The notes under the pieces were generated by a model. It saw only the letters and a list, made by a program, of their open reading frames with translations. It was not told the origin of the DNA and made no database searches. From an uncultured Bacteroidaceae bacterium (GTDB taxonomy: Bacteria > Bacteroidota > Bacteroidia > Bacteroidales > P3): a DNA stretch of 64,000 nucleotides. Both the position numbers and the translations under genes were made by a program. Shown one piece after another: positions 9,010 through 17,535 of this stretch. Position 1 is the stretch's first letter, and each line of letters starts with the position of its first letter. The DNA is taken from positions 55 to 64,054 of the forward strand of contig CAZPBB010000001.1 of NCBI GenBank assembly GCA_964584745.1. The letters are read 5' to 3'.

Positions 9010-9402
9010 TTACAAAATATTATCTGTCATGATCGAATACAATCCGTTTTCGTCGGCGGTGGTCGCCACCAGACATTTGTAGGTATTGTATTCTTTTATC
9101 GCGGAGTCATGGATTTCCAGTACGGCAAACAGTTGCCGGCAGAAAGCGAGGTGGTTGCACACCAGGCTTTGGCCGCCGGGAACACGGCGCAGGCGTGTCT
9201 TGCCGGCCGCCTGGCCATAGGTGCGCAGGAAAAACCGCGATTCTCCTTCTTTTGTCTCGGTCAGGAACCAGATGGGGTCGCCGGCATCCAGGCGCAGGCG
9301 TTCCACCACCGCTCTGGAGAAGAACACCTGTCCGTTTCTTCGTATGCGGACAAAGGCTTCCCATGTGTTCATGGTCGATTGTATTTCTGTTAAGGCCTCC
9401 AT
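9010..9402 (-). CDS. hypothetical protein
   Basis: The ATG at 9400-9402 shares one nt with the stop of the upstream gene (TGATG); the track start at 9405 is TTG. No family recognised. Confidence 0.55.
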   Translation of the reverse strand: MEALTEIQSTMNTWEAFVRIRRNGQVFFSRAVVERLRLDAGDPIWFLTETKEGESRFFLRTYGQAAGKTRLRRVPGGQSLVCNHLAFCRQLFAVLEIHDSAIKEYNTYKCLVATTADENGLYSIMTDNIL

Positions 9403-9812
9403 CAAAACTCCCGGTAAAAGGTTTTATCCGGTTCCTGTTCCGGCTCCGCCGACGGCGCGGCGGCCGGTTGGTCGTTGTCCTCGTTTTTCCGGACGGCGGC
9501 GGTATGCAGTATCTTGAGTTCGTTCACGGTGATGTCGAGCGATATTTTGGTGTCCTCCTGTGCCGTGCGGTAGGTGTGGGCCGACAGCCTGCCGCGCACG
9601 AACACCTCCGTGCCGGCCTGTAGGTATTCGGTGATTTTGGGAGGTGCGTCGAACCAGATGCAGGAAACCCACAGCACTTCGGGCGGTGTGCCGTTGCGTG
9701 CCTGGGTGAGGTTATGCGCCACCGAGAACGTGAGGTACCGGCGTTCCTGTCCGTACCATCTGGCCGGCTGTCCGAGGCGGCCGACCAGTTCCGCTGCCAA
9801 GAATCCTGCCAT
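9402..9812 (-). CDS. OB-fold single-stranded DNA-binding protein-like
   Basis: 136 aa. SSB-like core pattern (ELVGRLGQPARW ... FSVAHN ... WVSCIWFD ... LQAGTEVFVRGRLSAHTY) with an acidic/Pro-rich tail. Assigned by eye only. Confidence 0.6.
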   Translation of the reverse strand: MAGFLAAELVGRLGQPARWYGQERRYLTFSVAHNLTQARNGTPPEVLWVSCIWFDAPPKITEYLQAGTEVFVRGRLSAHTYRTAQEDTKISLDITVNELKILHTAAVRKNEDNDQPAAAPSAEPEQEPDKTFYREF

Positions 9813-9814
9813 GG

Positions 9815-10273
9815 CTATCGGTCGGATTGTTTCTCCGCCTGTTTCCCGTTGTATTTCGGAAAATCCATCATGTTCAGGATGCTTCCGAAATCCGGCATCC
9901 TGGAGATGTCGAAACGCGGATCCAACGAATCAAACCGTTCCTGCACCTGTCGCACGAACCTTTCGGCCTCCAGGGAGTCGTCGGGCAGAAATTTCCGTAC
10001 CAGGCTGTCAAGCCGTGCGGAAGCGTTCTCGATGGATTCGAAGAAGCCGGCCGGGAGAAAATCCATGTTTTCCTGTACATTCTCCTCAAGCGTGTGCTTT
10101 CGGGGCACGAAGGTGTTGTACAGGGATATGAGCAATGCCGCCGCCATGACGGGCAGCATGACGTACAGAGTCAGGTTGCGTTGTCTCGCCCGGCGATGCT
10201 CGCGCCGTGCCTGACGGTAGCGGCGGTAGCCGGTGCCGTTATCGTGGGGTTCGGGATGGAAAGGATTGTCCAT
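9815..10273 (-). CDS. hypothetical membrane protein
   Basis: 152 aa with one TM helix (LYVMLPVMAAALLISLY). Tightly packed in the same operon. Confidence 0.55.
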   Translation of the reverse strand: MDNPFHPEPHDNGTGYRRYRQARREHRRARQRNLTLYVMLPVMAAALLISLYNTFVPRKHTLEENVQENMDFLPAGFFESIENASARLDSLVRKFLPDDSLEAERFVRQVQERFDSLDPRFDISRMPDFGSILNMMDFPKYNGKQAEKQSDR

Positions 10274-10284
10274 GATGAAGTTCT

Positions 10285-11301
10285 TTAAAGTTTATGAGAG
10301 AATGATTTTTTATGGTTCGTCTTGTGTATCGGTCTCGTTACGGGCGGAAAGGTGCCGTTCTGCATCGGTGCCGCCTGCCGCACCTCCTCCCTCCGTGCCG
10401 CCTCTCCGTTGCCGGTGGCTTGCAGGTAATCGTTCAGGTCGTTGTGGGCGGCGTATTCGCCCCGTCCGTCCTTTACCCGGCAGTTCGGAGCGCTTTGGGC
10501 AAGGCGGGCGGTGAGTTCGGCCGTCTTTTCGTTGCCGGCGGCATCGTTGTCCAGCAGCAGGGTCACTTCCCTGCATCCGTGCAGGACGGGCACGGCGTGC
10601 GCCGCCAGGGCGGTGGAATTGAGAATGACCGCCATGCCGTTGAATTCCGGATGCAGCTGGCGGTAGGACAGGTAATCGATGAATCCCTCGAATACCGCCG
10701 CCACCGACGGATCTTTGGATGTGATGGTGGTGATGGCTTTGTTGCCGATCGTACCCTTGAAGTAAGGATTGCGGATTTCATAGCCGCCGCTGTCGTTCGG
10801 GAAGCCGAGCGCGAAGCATCGGCGCCCCTGAGTATTGAGGTAATAGACTTCCTGCAGGCCGTAGCGTGCCGCCACGGTCGGATCTATGTGCCGTTGACGG
10901 ACATAATCGCCCAGCCGTTGGTTGGAGCCGAAAGGCTTTACTTTGAGCAGCGAGAACGACCGGGGCGTGACGGCGGTATCGCCGGGAGCGCAGCGCAGTT
11001 CCGGAATGGCCGGCGTGTATCGTTTGGCCTCGGGTGCGAAGTCCGATAGGGCCTGGATGGTCTCAAGATAAGGACGTTGATCCAGGGATATCGCCAGATC
11101 GATGAGGCTGCCGCCCTCTCCGGAAGAGAAATCCTTCCAGAAGTTGGAGTTGCGGTGCACCACGAAGGAGGGTGTGCGGTCGCCCTCGCGCAGGGGAGAA
11201 TGATACCATAGGTCGTGGCCGCTCTGTCGTACCGGCTCGATGCCGCGTGCGGTAAGCCAGGCTTCGATGGGTATCTGCCGGATAAGGTGTACGTCAATCA
11301 T
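10285..11301 (-). CDS. toprim-domain primase-like protein
   Basis: The ATG at 11301 (MIDVHLIRQIPIEAWL) overlaps the upstream stop by 8 nt. N-terminal primase-type region (degenerate zinc-finger position). C-terminal toprim motif VTLLLDNDAAGNEKT. Confidence 0.75.
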   Translation of the reverse strand: MIDVHLIRQIPIEAWLTARGIEPVRQSGHDLWYHSPLREGDRTPSFVVHRNSNFWKDFSSGEGGSLIDLAISLDQRPYLETIQALSDFAPEAKRYTPAIPELRCAPGDTAVTPRSFSLLKVKPFGSNQRLGDYVRQRHIDPTVAARYGLQEVYYLNTQGRRCFALGFPNDSGGYEIRNPYFKGTIGNKAITTITSKDPSVAAVFEGFIDYLSYRQLHPEFNGMAVILNSTALAAHAVPVLHGCREVTLLLDNDAAGNEKTAELTARLAQSAPNCRVKDGRGEYAAHNDLNDYLQATGNGEAARREEVRQAAPMQNGTFPPVTRPIHKTNHKKSFSHKL

Positions 11302-11662
11302 GGTTTTCGTTTTTGGAGTTTTGGGGATGTTGCAACGCTTGGCGGTGGCGTTCCGCGTTCTTCTGCAGCAGCTGCAGGGCCAGATCGCCGTCAAGCATGT
11401 AGCGTTTTCTGTCTTTGCCGGTAAGGACGGCGGGCTTCAGCGTCGTTTCCATCTGCTTTAAGGCCGTCGGCCGGGAGCAATGCAGGAATCCGCAGATTTC
11501 ATTCAGTCCGACTAGAAAGCCTACGGACGACAGCCTGGGGCTGGTCTGGAAGGAACGCCGGGCATTGGCGTACATGATGCGCAGATGCCGGTCAATCACT
11601 TTTTCGACCACTTGCTGCACTACGGCGGTCAGTTCTTCTCGGGTGGTGTTTATTTGGGTCAT
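11294..11662 (-). CDS. excisionase/MerR-type HTH DNA-binding protein
   Basis: 122 aa. NEICGFLHCSRPTALKQ ... KDRKRYMLDGDLALQLL resembles excisionase-type HTH proteins of Bacteroidales elements. Confidence 0.55.
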   Translation of the reverse strand: MTQINTTREELTAVVQQVVEKVIDRHLRIMYANARRSFQTSPRLSSVGFLVGLNEICGFLHCSRPTALKQMETTLKPAVLTGKDRKRYMLDGDLALQLLQKNAERHRQALQHPQNSKNENHD

Positions 11663-11664
11663 GG

Positions 11665-11919
11665 CTATGATCGTTTGATGAGATTGAAAGCACGTTCGTT
11701 TGTGGTGGCGGTAGCCGTGGCCGACAGGATGCCGGGCGTGAGGGGAAGGCCGTCGAAATGCACGTTGTTGCCGTCCTTGCGCTCGTCGAAGCGGCAGGCA
11801 AGGGTGCTACAGATGGCGGGCTGCCCGCTGAAGGCGCAACGGTGGCATCCTCCGCCGGGACATACCCGGTAGGTCGCCCCGAACTTGCTGAAATTTTCGC
11901 CTATCCGAAAGTCTTTCAT
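11665..11919 (-). CDS. hypothetical Cys-rich small protein
   Basis: 84 aa with an ATG start. First gene of the minus-strand operon. Five Cys residues (CPGGGCHRC ... C ... C). Confidence 0.45.
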   Translation of the reverse strand: MKDFRIGENFSKFGATYRVCPGGGCHRCAFSGQPAICSTLACRFDERKDGNNVHFDGLPLTPGILSATATATTNERAFNLIKRS

Positions 11920-11925
11920 GTTTGT

Positions 11926-11933
11926 TATATTTG
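11926..11933 (+). promoter_or_regulatory. candidate Bacteroidota -7 promoter box (TAnnTTTG)
   Basis: TATATTTG lies in the divergent intergenic region. A mirror box TATATTTG sits on the minus strand at 12000-12007. Confidence 0.35.
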
Positions 11934-12023
11934 CGTAACTAATTGTTTGTTTGTTTGTTTTGTAAACTAAATGATGATTTTTGAATAATCATTCAGTTGC
12001 AAATATAATAAAATAATGATGTC

Positions 12024-12629
12024 ATGAAAAACGATAAAGCGCAAACCGAAAAAAGTAATCGATTTCGGGCAGTTTGTGAATATTTGGTAGGTCAAACTGT
12101 TGCAAAAACATATAGAGAATTGAGTGTGTTATTTGGATATAAATCGTATCCTACATTTTGGAATATACTGAGTGGAAGGAATCCTTTGCCTCAAAAGTTG
12201 TTAGATAAGGTGAAAGTAATGGATCCTAAAATTAATATAGATTGGGTGCTTACAGGAGAAGGGGAAATGTTGTATAAACGTGGAGAGATTGAAGAGCGGA
12301 AAGAGATGCGGAAGGTGGATCGCTTCGTAACATTCCTATATTCGGAAAATATTCATATCAAAGTGGCCTTGGAACAGTTGAAATGGGGGCGCCGGGCTTA
12401 CGACAAAGCACTGAGGGAAGATCTGACGTTGCAGCAACTGGCGGACATCGAGGCGGCATATCCGCAGCTGAATATGGAATGGGTTCTGAACGGCAAGGGA
12501 GGTATGTTGAAGCAGGAGGAAGTGGTTTCGCTTAGGATGATGAAAAAGTTACAGATGGAACACGAGGCTTTGAAAGCCAAAGTGAATAGGTTGGAGAAGT
12601 ATATCAAGAAACGGCTTGGCGATAAATAA
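12024..12629 (+). CDS. tandem phage CI-repressor-type HTH protein
   Basis: Two internal copies of the CI-type signature (NIDWVLTGEGEML and NMEWVLNGKGGML), followed by a C-terminal coiled coil. Confidence 0.75.
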   Translation: MKNDKAQTEKSNRFRAVCEYLVGQTVAKTYRELSVLFGYKSYPTFWNILSGRNPLPQKLLDKVKVMDPKINIDWVLTGEGEMLYKRGEIEERKEMRKVDRFVTFLYSENIHIKVALEQLKWGRRAYDKALREDLTLQQLADIEAAYPQLNMEWVLNGKGGMLKQEEVVSLRMMKKLQMEHEALKAKVNRLEKYIKKRLGDK

Positions 12630-12632
12630 GTA

Positions 12633-12675
12633 AAAGGGCAGACATCCTTGCGGTTGCCTGCCCTTTCTCTTTTGC
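12633..12675. terminator. bidirectional hairpin terminator between convergent genes
   Basis: Stem AAAGGGCAG (12633-12641) / CTGCCCTTT (12658-12666), followed by CTCTTTTG. Confidence 0.6.
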
Positions 12676-12688
12676 AATCCTGAATATA

Positions 12689-13495
12689 CTATTTCTTTAA
12701 GTAATAGATTCGATGGGTTGATGCTGTTTTACCATTCGATTTATTTGTTAGATAAATGGCGGATATAAAACCATCTTTAGTAAATTCGTAAGTGTAATTG
12801 TATTCTCCGTCTTCTGCAGGAATTCCTTGACATTTATTACCGAGAAATCCTTCCGAAAATCCCCAAAAAAGACTTATACATGGGATGTTATGTAAAGGTT
12901 CATTTTCTGAATTGTAATGACGCCATGTGTGAAAATATTCGCTCCAATCCATGTTGGATAAATGGGATTGATTGGTGTAAGTTACTTCTTCATTGAATAT
13001 ATTGCCATCTTCCCATTTGAACGATCGGATCACTTCATCACCGTCGAATATATTGTATAGGTATTTTCCACTTTCATCGTAAGTTAGGCGATAGTTTTTA
13101 TTGCCTTTCCAACCTCTGTCAAGTATAATCAGGCCGTTTTCATTTAAATCAAAGGATGTTTCATTGATGATATCTTGGAGTTCGCTATCAAGCAGGAATT
13201 TTTCTTCATCGCGCATGTATATTGTTGTGTTTTTTCTCTCAAATGCAAATATGCGAGAGTATTCTTCGTTAGAAGTTCTTGTGATGGCCTTGAGAGAACC
13301 ATTGCTGTTATAGGAAAGATGCTCAAGTACGGTATCGCTATAATCATCGTAAACATAAATAGAGAGTATCTTTTCCACCAATCGTTCCCCGGCTTTGTTG
13401 GTGGCGTAGGTGGTTTGTTTGTCGTCAGGATCCTTGCAGGAGGTGGCGAGCAGCAGGCAGCCCAAAGCCGCCAAAAGAGTCAGTTTGAGTTTCAT
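12689..13495 (-). CDS. hypothetical lipoprotein
   Basis: 268 aa. Signal peptide with lipobox (LLATSC). AT-rich codon usage unlike the flanking DNA. A TAnnTTTG-type box on the minus strand at 13562-13569. Confidence 0.7.
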   Translation of the reverse strand: MKLKLTLLAALGCLLLATSCKDPDDKQTTYATNKAGERLVEKILSIYVYDDYSDTVLEHLSYNSNGSLKAITRTSNEEYSRIFAFERKNTTIYMRDEEKFLLDSELQDIINETSFDLNENGLIILDRGWKGNKNYRLTYDESGKYLYNIFDGDEVIRSFKWEDGNIFNEEVTYTNQSHLSNMDWSEYFHTWRHYNSENEPLHNIPCISLFWGFSEGFLGNKCQGIPAEDGEYNYTYEFTKDGFISAIYLTNKSNGKTASTHRIYYLKK

Positions 13496-13580
13496 AATAT
13501 TTGAGTTTTTATAATTTGTATTATAATAAGTGGCTGTTCTTTAATTTGTTGTAATTGGTTACAAAGATATGCAAAATTGA

Positions 13581-14306
13581 TTAATCCGGCATTTCTTGAA
13601 CGATTTGACCTTTCAGGAGTTTCCCGTTGGCATGTTTGTTGCGTTTGATGCCATCAGCACCCCATGTGCCCCATTGCTTAAAAAAGAATCGTGCGCCTTG
13701 AAGTTCGGTCTGTTGGCGGATATTGAGTACCCATTTTTCCTGCATGGGGCGTGCTTGAAATCCACTTTCTCCACCCACGATAACCCAATCTATTCCGTTA
13801 AGGTTCAGTTTGCCCAAGTCTTCAACCAAGGGTTCGCAGGAAAGGAACTTTACAGGAGCGGGCAATCCTCGTAGGCAATCGATTCTAAACCGTGAACTTT
13901 TGGCTTCCACCGTCACGCCCAACCATACGTTACCAGGAATGGGATGTTGTTCGAAATATTCCGCCATACGCTCTGCCCGTTTGGTCAGAATCTGATACCG
14001 GTGTTGCGGGGTCTGTTCTATGGCATGGAATACTCGTTCAATAAAGGAGAAGGGAACCTTTTCATGAAAAAGGTCACTCATGGAACAGACAAAGATATTG
14101 TGTGCCCCTCTCCAGCTCAAGGGTTCGGCAAGACACTCTTCGTGAAGGGTGATGGCAAAACCATTGGCGTACTTTTTCTGTCCCATCGCTTTGAGCCTAC
14201 GCGCCATCACTTCGGCATAGCAATGTTGGCATCCCGTGGATTTCTTGGTACATCCGGTTATCGGATTCCAAGTCTTATCGGTCCATTCTATTTTTGTTGT
14301 TTTCAT
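13581..14306 (-). CDS. phage Gp37/Gp68-family protein (DUF5131, three-Cys motif)
   Basis: KIEWTDKTWNPITGCTKKSTGCQHCYAEVMARRL at the N-terminus, with a later CEPL motif. The start overlaps the tcmP stop (ATGA). Confidence 0.85.
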   Translation of the reverse strand: MKTTKIEWTDKTWNPITGCTKKSTGCQHCYAEVMARRLKAMGQKKYANGFAITLHEECLAEPLSWRGAHNIFVCSMSDLFHEKVPFSFIERVFHAIEQTPQHRYQILTKRAERMAEYFEQHPIPGNVWLGVTVEAKSSRFRIDCLRGLPAPVKFLSCEPLVEDLGKLNLNGIDWVIVGGESGFQARPMQEKWVLNIRQQTELQGARFFFKQWGTWGADGIKRNKHANGKLLKGQIVQEMPD

Positions 14307-15481
14307 TTCTTTAGTCTAATAGTGATACGATCTCCTTCTTTCCTGCTAAGGTAAAAGGCGTTAGGAAGAATAGGTTTTGTTTGCGGAATATGTGATATTT
14401 CCAGTCTTCCTTCAGTTTGCAATTTCGAAAGAACTGCACCCATATGTTTGGGTAGATATTCGTTTGTTATTGCAAACATGTAAAGTTGGCCGTTGGTTTT
14501 CACTCCGTTAGCAAGATAGGAAATTGTCGAGTTATATAATTTATTAAATATTTCTTTTTTGTGTTCTTCTTTGTCAACTTCGTCAAATAGTGTGGCTGGC
14601 TTGGGGAGGTGAAATCCATTGCCATCGTTTTCATCAAGTTTCCACTTCGTTTCCAAAATCTTTTCAAAACCAGCGATATTTGAGGTTATGAAGAATAGAG
14701 CAAAATAGTTGTTTTGAGAACGTTCTATGTGGTATGATGTTGAATAATATTTATTAAATCGTAATGCATGTGTTAAATAGGATATATAGTCGATATGGCT
14801 CATTGGGTCGCCTTTGGTTATAGGGTGGTTGGAGGGAAAGAAACTTTTAACAAAGTCGCACAAAGGTTTGAACATTGCAACATCTTCATTATCGAGCGCA
14901 TATTTGGTAAAGCGGTTCATGAAAGAGATTGGTAAAAAGATTATAATCTCTGTTTTTCCGTTTTGCATTAATTTTTCAATCACATCTTTTTTGATTTCCT
15001 TGTATCCATATGGATCAATGAAAATCAGATTTCGTGTTTTTGTAGGTGTTGAGGCAAGGCTATTGGCAAGATTTTTGAGCAACTCTTCGCTGTCAATGTT
15101 GTTGTCGTAAAACGTGAAATTTTGAAGGGAACCTGGATATGTTTCCTGTATGTAATGTTTTACGGTGTTGATTCTTTTGGGACTTTTGTCATTAACATGC
15201 AAGTTGACCCGTGTGGGGGATGGAAAGTTGGTCAGGATTTTCCGAATGACATCGTATGCCACGATAGGGCTGCCTTTGCCCCCATCCTTATAAATCCCCA
15301 TGCCACAAAAGACATCATAAATATCTACAACATCAATATGTTTGGAATTGCATAGGATTCTCAAGTAGAGGTCAAGATAAGTTCTGTAAAAGTTTACTTT
15401 AGCCCTGGAGTGAGGAAGCATTACGTCTTTTGAGTTGACTTTCTTGTCTATTGTAACCGTTCTCTTGAAATCGGCATCCAT
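14303..15481 (-). CDS. tcmP: three-Cys-motif partner protein TcmP
   Basis: 392 aa, immediately upstream of and overlapping the Gp37/Gp68 gene. The length and context match the TcmP family as I remember it. Contains DVFCGMG and IFIDPYGY motifs. Confidence 0.75.
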   Translation of the reverse strand: MDADFKRTVTIDKKVNSKDVMLPHSRAKVNFYRTYLDLYLRILCNSKHIDVVDIYDVFCGMGIYKDGGKGSPIVAYDVIRKILTNFPSPTRVNLHVNDKSPKRINTVKHYIQETYPGSLQNFTFYDNNIDSEELLKNLANSLASTPTKTRNLIFIDPYGYKEIKKDVIEKLMQNGKTEIIIFLPISFMNRFTKYALDNEDVAMFKPLCDFVKSFFPSNHPITKGDPMSHIDYISYLTHALRFNKYYSTSYHIERSQNNYFALFFITSNIAGFEKILETKWKLDENDGNGFHLPKPATLFDEVDKEEHKKEIFNKLYNSTISYLANGVKTNGQLYMFAITNEYLPKHMGAVLSKLQTEGRLEISHIPQTKPILPNAFYLSRKEGDRITIRLKK

Positions 15482-15522
15482 TACATTAAACCATTTTTAA
15501 TACATTGTTTTGCAAAGTTAAT

Positions 15523-15530
15523 GAAATCTT
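15523..15530 (-). promoter_or_regulatory. candidate -7 promoter box for the tcmP operon
   Basis: CAAAGTTA on the plus strand equals TAACTTTG on the minus strand, 42 nt upstream of the tcmP ATG. Confidence 0.4.
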
Positions 15531-15597
15531 GAAGAATGGAATTTCATTTAAGGCAAAGGGTATCTCTTTCCTCGGAGTGTCATTACCTCAATCCTTT

Positions 15598-15846
15598 TCA
15601 TTGTGCGAAAATTACACGTGAGTGAAAGGTTTGTGTATAGGCGGCCGTGCCGGCAGTGCATTCCTGAATCAAGAACGTACCCAATTCCAATCCCATTTCT
15701 TCGGTTTTGGCAAGCGCGTCGTCGAAAGTGGGGGCAGTGACAACCACCTTGCAGTTTTGGATAACCACAAACTGATTGGGATATTCTTTGAGGATCTTAT
15801 CATGGTTGCTGATGAAGTACTCAAAGTTTTTGTCTAATTTGTCCAT
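15598..15846 (-). CDS. hypothetical small protein
   Basis: 82 aa with an ATG start and AT-rich codon usage consistent with its neighbours. No family confidently recognised. Confidence 0.5.
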   Translation of the reverse strand: MDKLDKNFEYFISNHDKILKEYPNQFVVIQNCKVVVTAPTFDDALAKTEEMGLELGTFLIQECTAGTAAYTQTFHSRVIFAQ

Positions 15847-15935
15847 GGCTTGGGGTTTTGTTTAAAGCGAAATTACGTAAAAAAAAACTCGAAATCCAAA
15901 GAGCGAAATGTGTCCAACGCCTCGCGATATAAAAG

Positions 15936-15978
15936 AACGAGGTCGTACAGCGAATGTACGACCTCGTTGTCCCTTTTT
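15936..15978. terminator. hairpin terminator downstream of the toxin gene
   Basis: Perfect 13-bp stem AACGAGGTCGTAC (15936-15948) / GTACGACCTCGTT (15956-15968), with T-rich runs on both sides. Confidence 0.6.
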
Positions 15979-16087
15979 AAGTGTTGGCATTAAGCATAAA
16001 GTCAATACCGGCACTGTGACTGCAAAGATAGGTCTTATTTTCTTTAAATCTATGGCAGTCGTTGCAAGGTTTTCTGTTTATAAAAGA

Positions 16088-16558
16088 CTATTTGCTATGT
16101 TTTTCCAATGATTTTTCTATCATCGGAAGAAATCTCCCATTGGTATGCGGACTTCGATACATGGCGTAGAGCAAGTCAACAAATTCTTTATTGTTCATGA
16201 CGCAGACGGTTTCTCTATCCGTCGGGTCGGTTCGTTGTTCAAACTTCTCCAAGGTTCCGACCTGAAAGCAATAGTCGAACGTCACTATCGTCCGTTTGGG
16301 GAAAGAAAAAGGTTTGTCGGTCTTGGGAGATATTCCGATTACTTTATCTTTTTCGAAGACATAGGCCACGGGCGCGCCATTCTTTCTGACCACACCATGC
16401 CGTACATCTTCCGGATTAGAGGGGATGCGGTGTTGTGATGTCGTGAAACAGGCCACAACGTTCAACTCCTGGTCCCGATAAAGAGTGATGAGGAACTTTT
16501 TCTTGGGAGGATGGATGTCCTTGATAAAAGCCAATATGATTTCCCGCTCTTGAAACAT
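16088..16558 (-). CDS. candidate toxin partner of the Panacea-domain antitoxin
   Basis: The ATG at 16558 (MFQEREIILAFIKD) lies 10 nt after the upstream stop; the longer track ORF overlaps the antitoxin and is unlikely. 156 aa, family not recognised. Confidence 0.6.
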   Translation of the reverse strand: MFQEREIILAFIKDIHPPKKKFLITLYRDQELNVVACFTTSQHRIPSNPEDVRHGVVRKNGAPVAYVFEKDKVIGISPKTDKPFSFPKRTIVTFDYCFQVGTLEKFEQRTDPTDRETVCVMNNKEFVDLLYAMYRSPHTNGRFLPMIEKSLEKHSK

Positions 16559-16568
16559 ACTGCCTATA

Positions 16569-17156
16569 TCATTGAAGCAGGTTCTGGAACTCCATATTCC
16601 ATTTGGCATCCGCATAGACATCCATAAGCCGTTCATCGCTTTGGATAAGGCGTGTGAGCGGAATCTCCACATCCGATTGCTTATGCTTTTCGTCAAAGAC
16701 AAGACCGGATTCCTCAACAATCTGCGACCAAAGGGAACCGGGTTGATGGGTCAAGGCTGTCAGTTCATCGGCGGACAAGTCCGCGTATCTGTCCAGCAGG
16801 GCGTCGATAGCGTTGATTTCTACCGCGCTGAAGTCTAACATCTTCCAATTGGAGAAAGGTTCCCGGACATGGACAATCCATTTGGGTTTTTCTTCGGTGG
16901 AAAGCGTTTCCTGATGTGCGGTGACGTATTCAGAAAAACAACCGTTCTTGATATTATATACCTCCTTGGCAACCGGACCTTTGGCCCATGCGTAGTAATT
17001 GAACCAGGTCAACGGATAGCCGCGCTCCTGTATAAAGGCCTCGTCCAGCAGAAACACCAGTTTGAGCAGTTTCCTTAAGTTGATGTTGGGAACCCGGTTG
17101 GCGATATAGGCCAGCAGCATTCCGTTTTTCGAGTTGTAAACTCCTCCGTTTGTCAT
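16569..17156 (-). CDS. Panacea-domain (DUF4065, SocA-like) antitoxin
   Basis: LRKLLKLVFLLDEAFIQERGYPLTWFNYYAWAKGPVAKEVY matches the DUF4065 core pattern. Confidence 0.75.
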   Translation of the reverse strand: MTNGGVYNSKNGMLLAYIANRVPNINLRKLLKLVFLLDEAFIQERGYPLTWFNYYAWAKGPVAKEVYNIKNGCFSEYVTAHQETLSTEEKPKWIVHVREPFSNWKMLDFSAVEINAIDALLDRYADLSADELTALTHQPGSLWSQIVEESGLVFDEKHKQSDVEIPLTRLIQSDERLMDVYADAKWNMEFQNLLQ

Positions 17157-17180
17157 TTCTCCATTTCCGTTTTATGCAAA

Positions 17181-17188
17181 CAAAGATA
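17181..17188 (-). promoter_or_regulatory. candidate -7 promoter box for the Panacea TA operon
   Basis: CAAAGATA on the plus strand equals TATCTTTG on the minus strand, 25 nt upstream of the ATG at 17156. Confidence 0.4.
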
Positions 17189-17333
17189 TAAAATTGTTAC
17201 GATACGTTTTCTGTTCATATCTTTTTCTTCGCTTTCCGTAAACGGCCTGATTTCGTTCGCATTGTGTGTGAATTTCCGATATCAACATTTATTTGCGCCA
17301 AAAGAAAGAAATCCCCCGCTCCCCCTTAGAAAG

Positions 17334-17383
17334 AATAACGTTATAAAACATTATAACGTTATATAATATATTATAACGTTATA
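17334..17383. promoter_or_regulatory. three copies of the palindrome (T)ATAACGTTAT(A), operator-like
   Basis: AATAACGTTATA at 17334-17345, TATAACGTTATA at 17352-17363 and TATAACGTTATA at 17372-17383. All lie in a 380-bp non-coding region. Confidence 0.6.
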
Positions 17384-17535
17384 AACTTTATAAAATAATT
17401 ATATCCTTCTATAGGCGCGGAAACGTCGTTTTTTGAACATTTTTCGGTCGGAAAAAGAAGAAATCTGATGGTCGGGAATGGCAATGAGAGAAGAGTGGCA
17501 AGAAATGATTATTTTTGCATAATTTATATTGTGTG

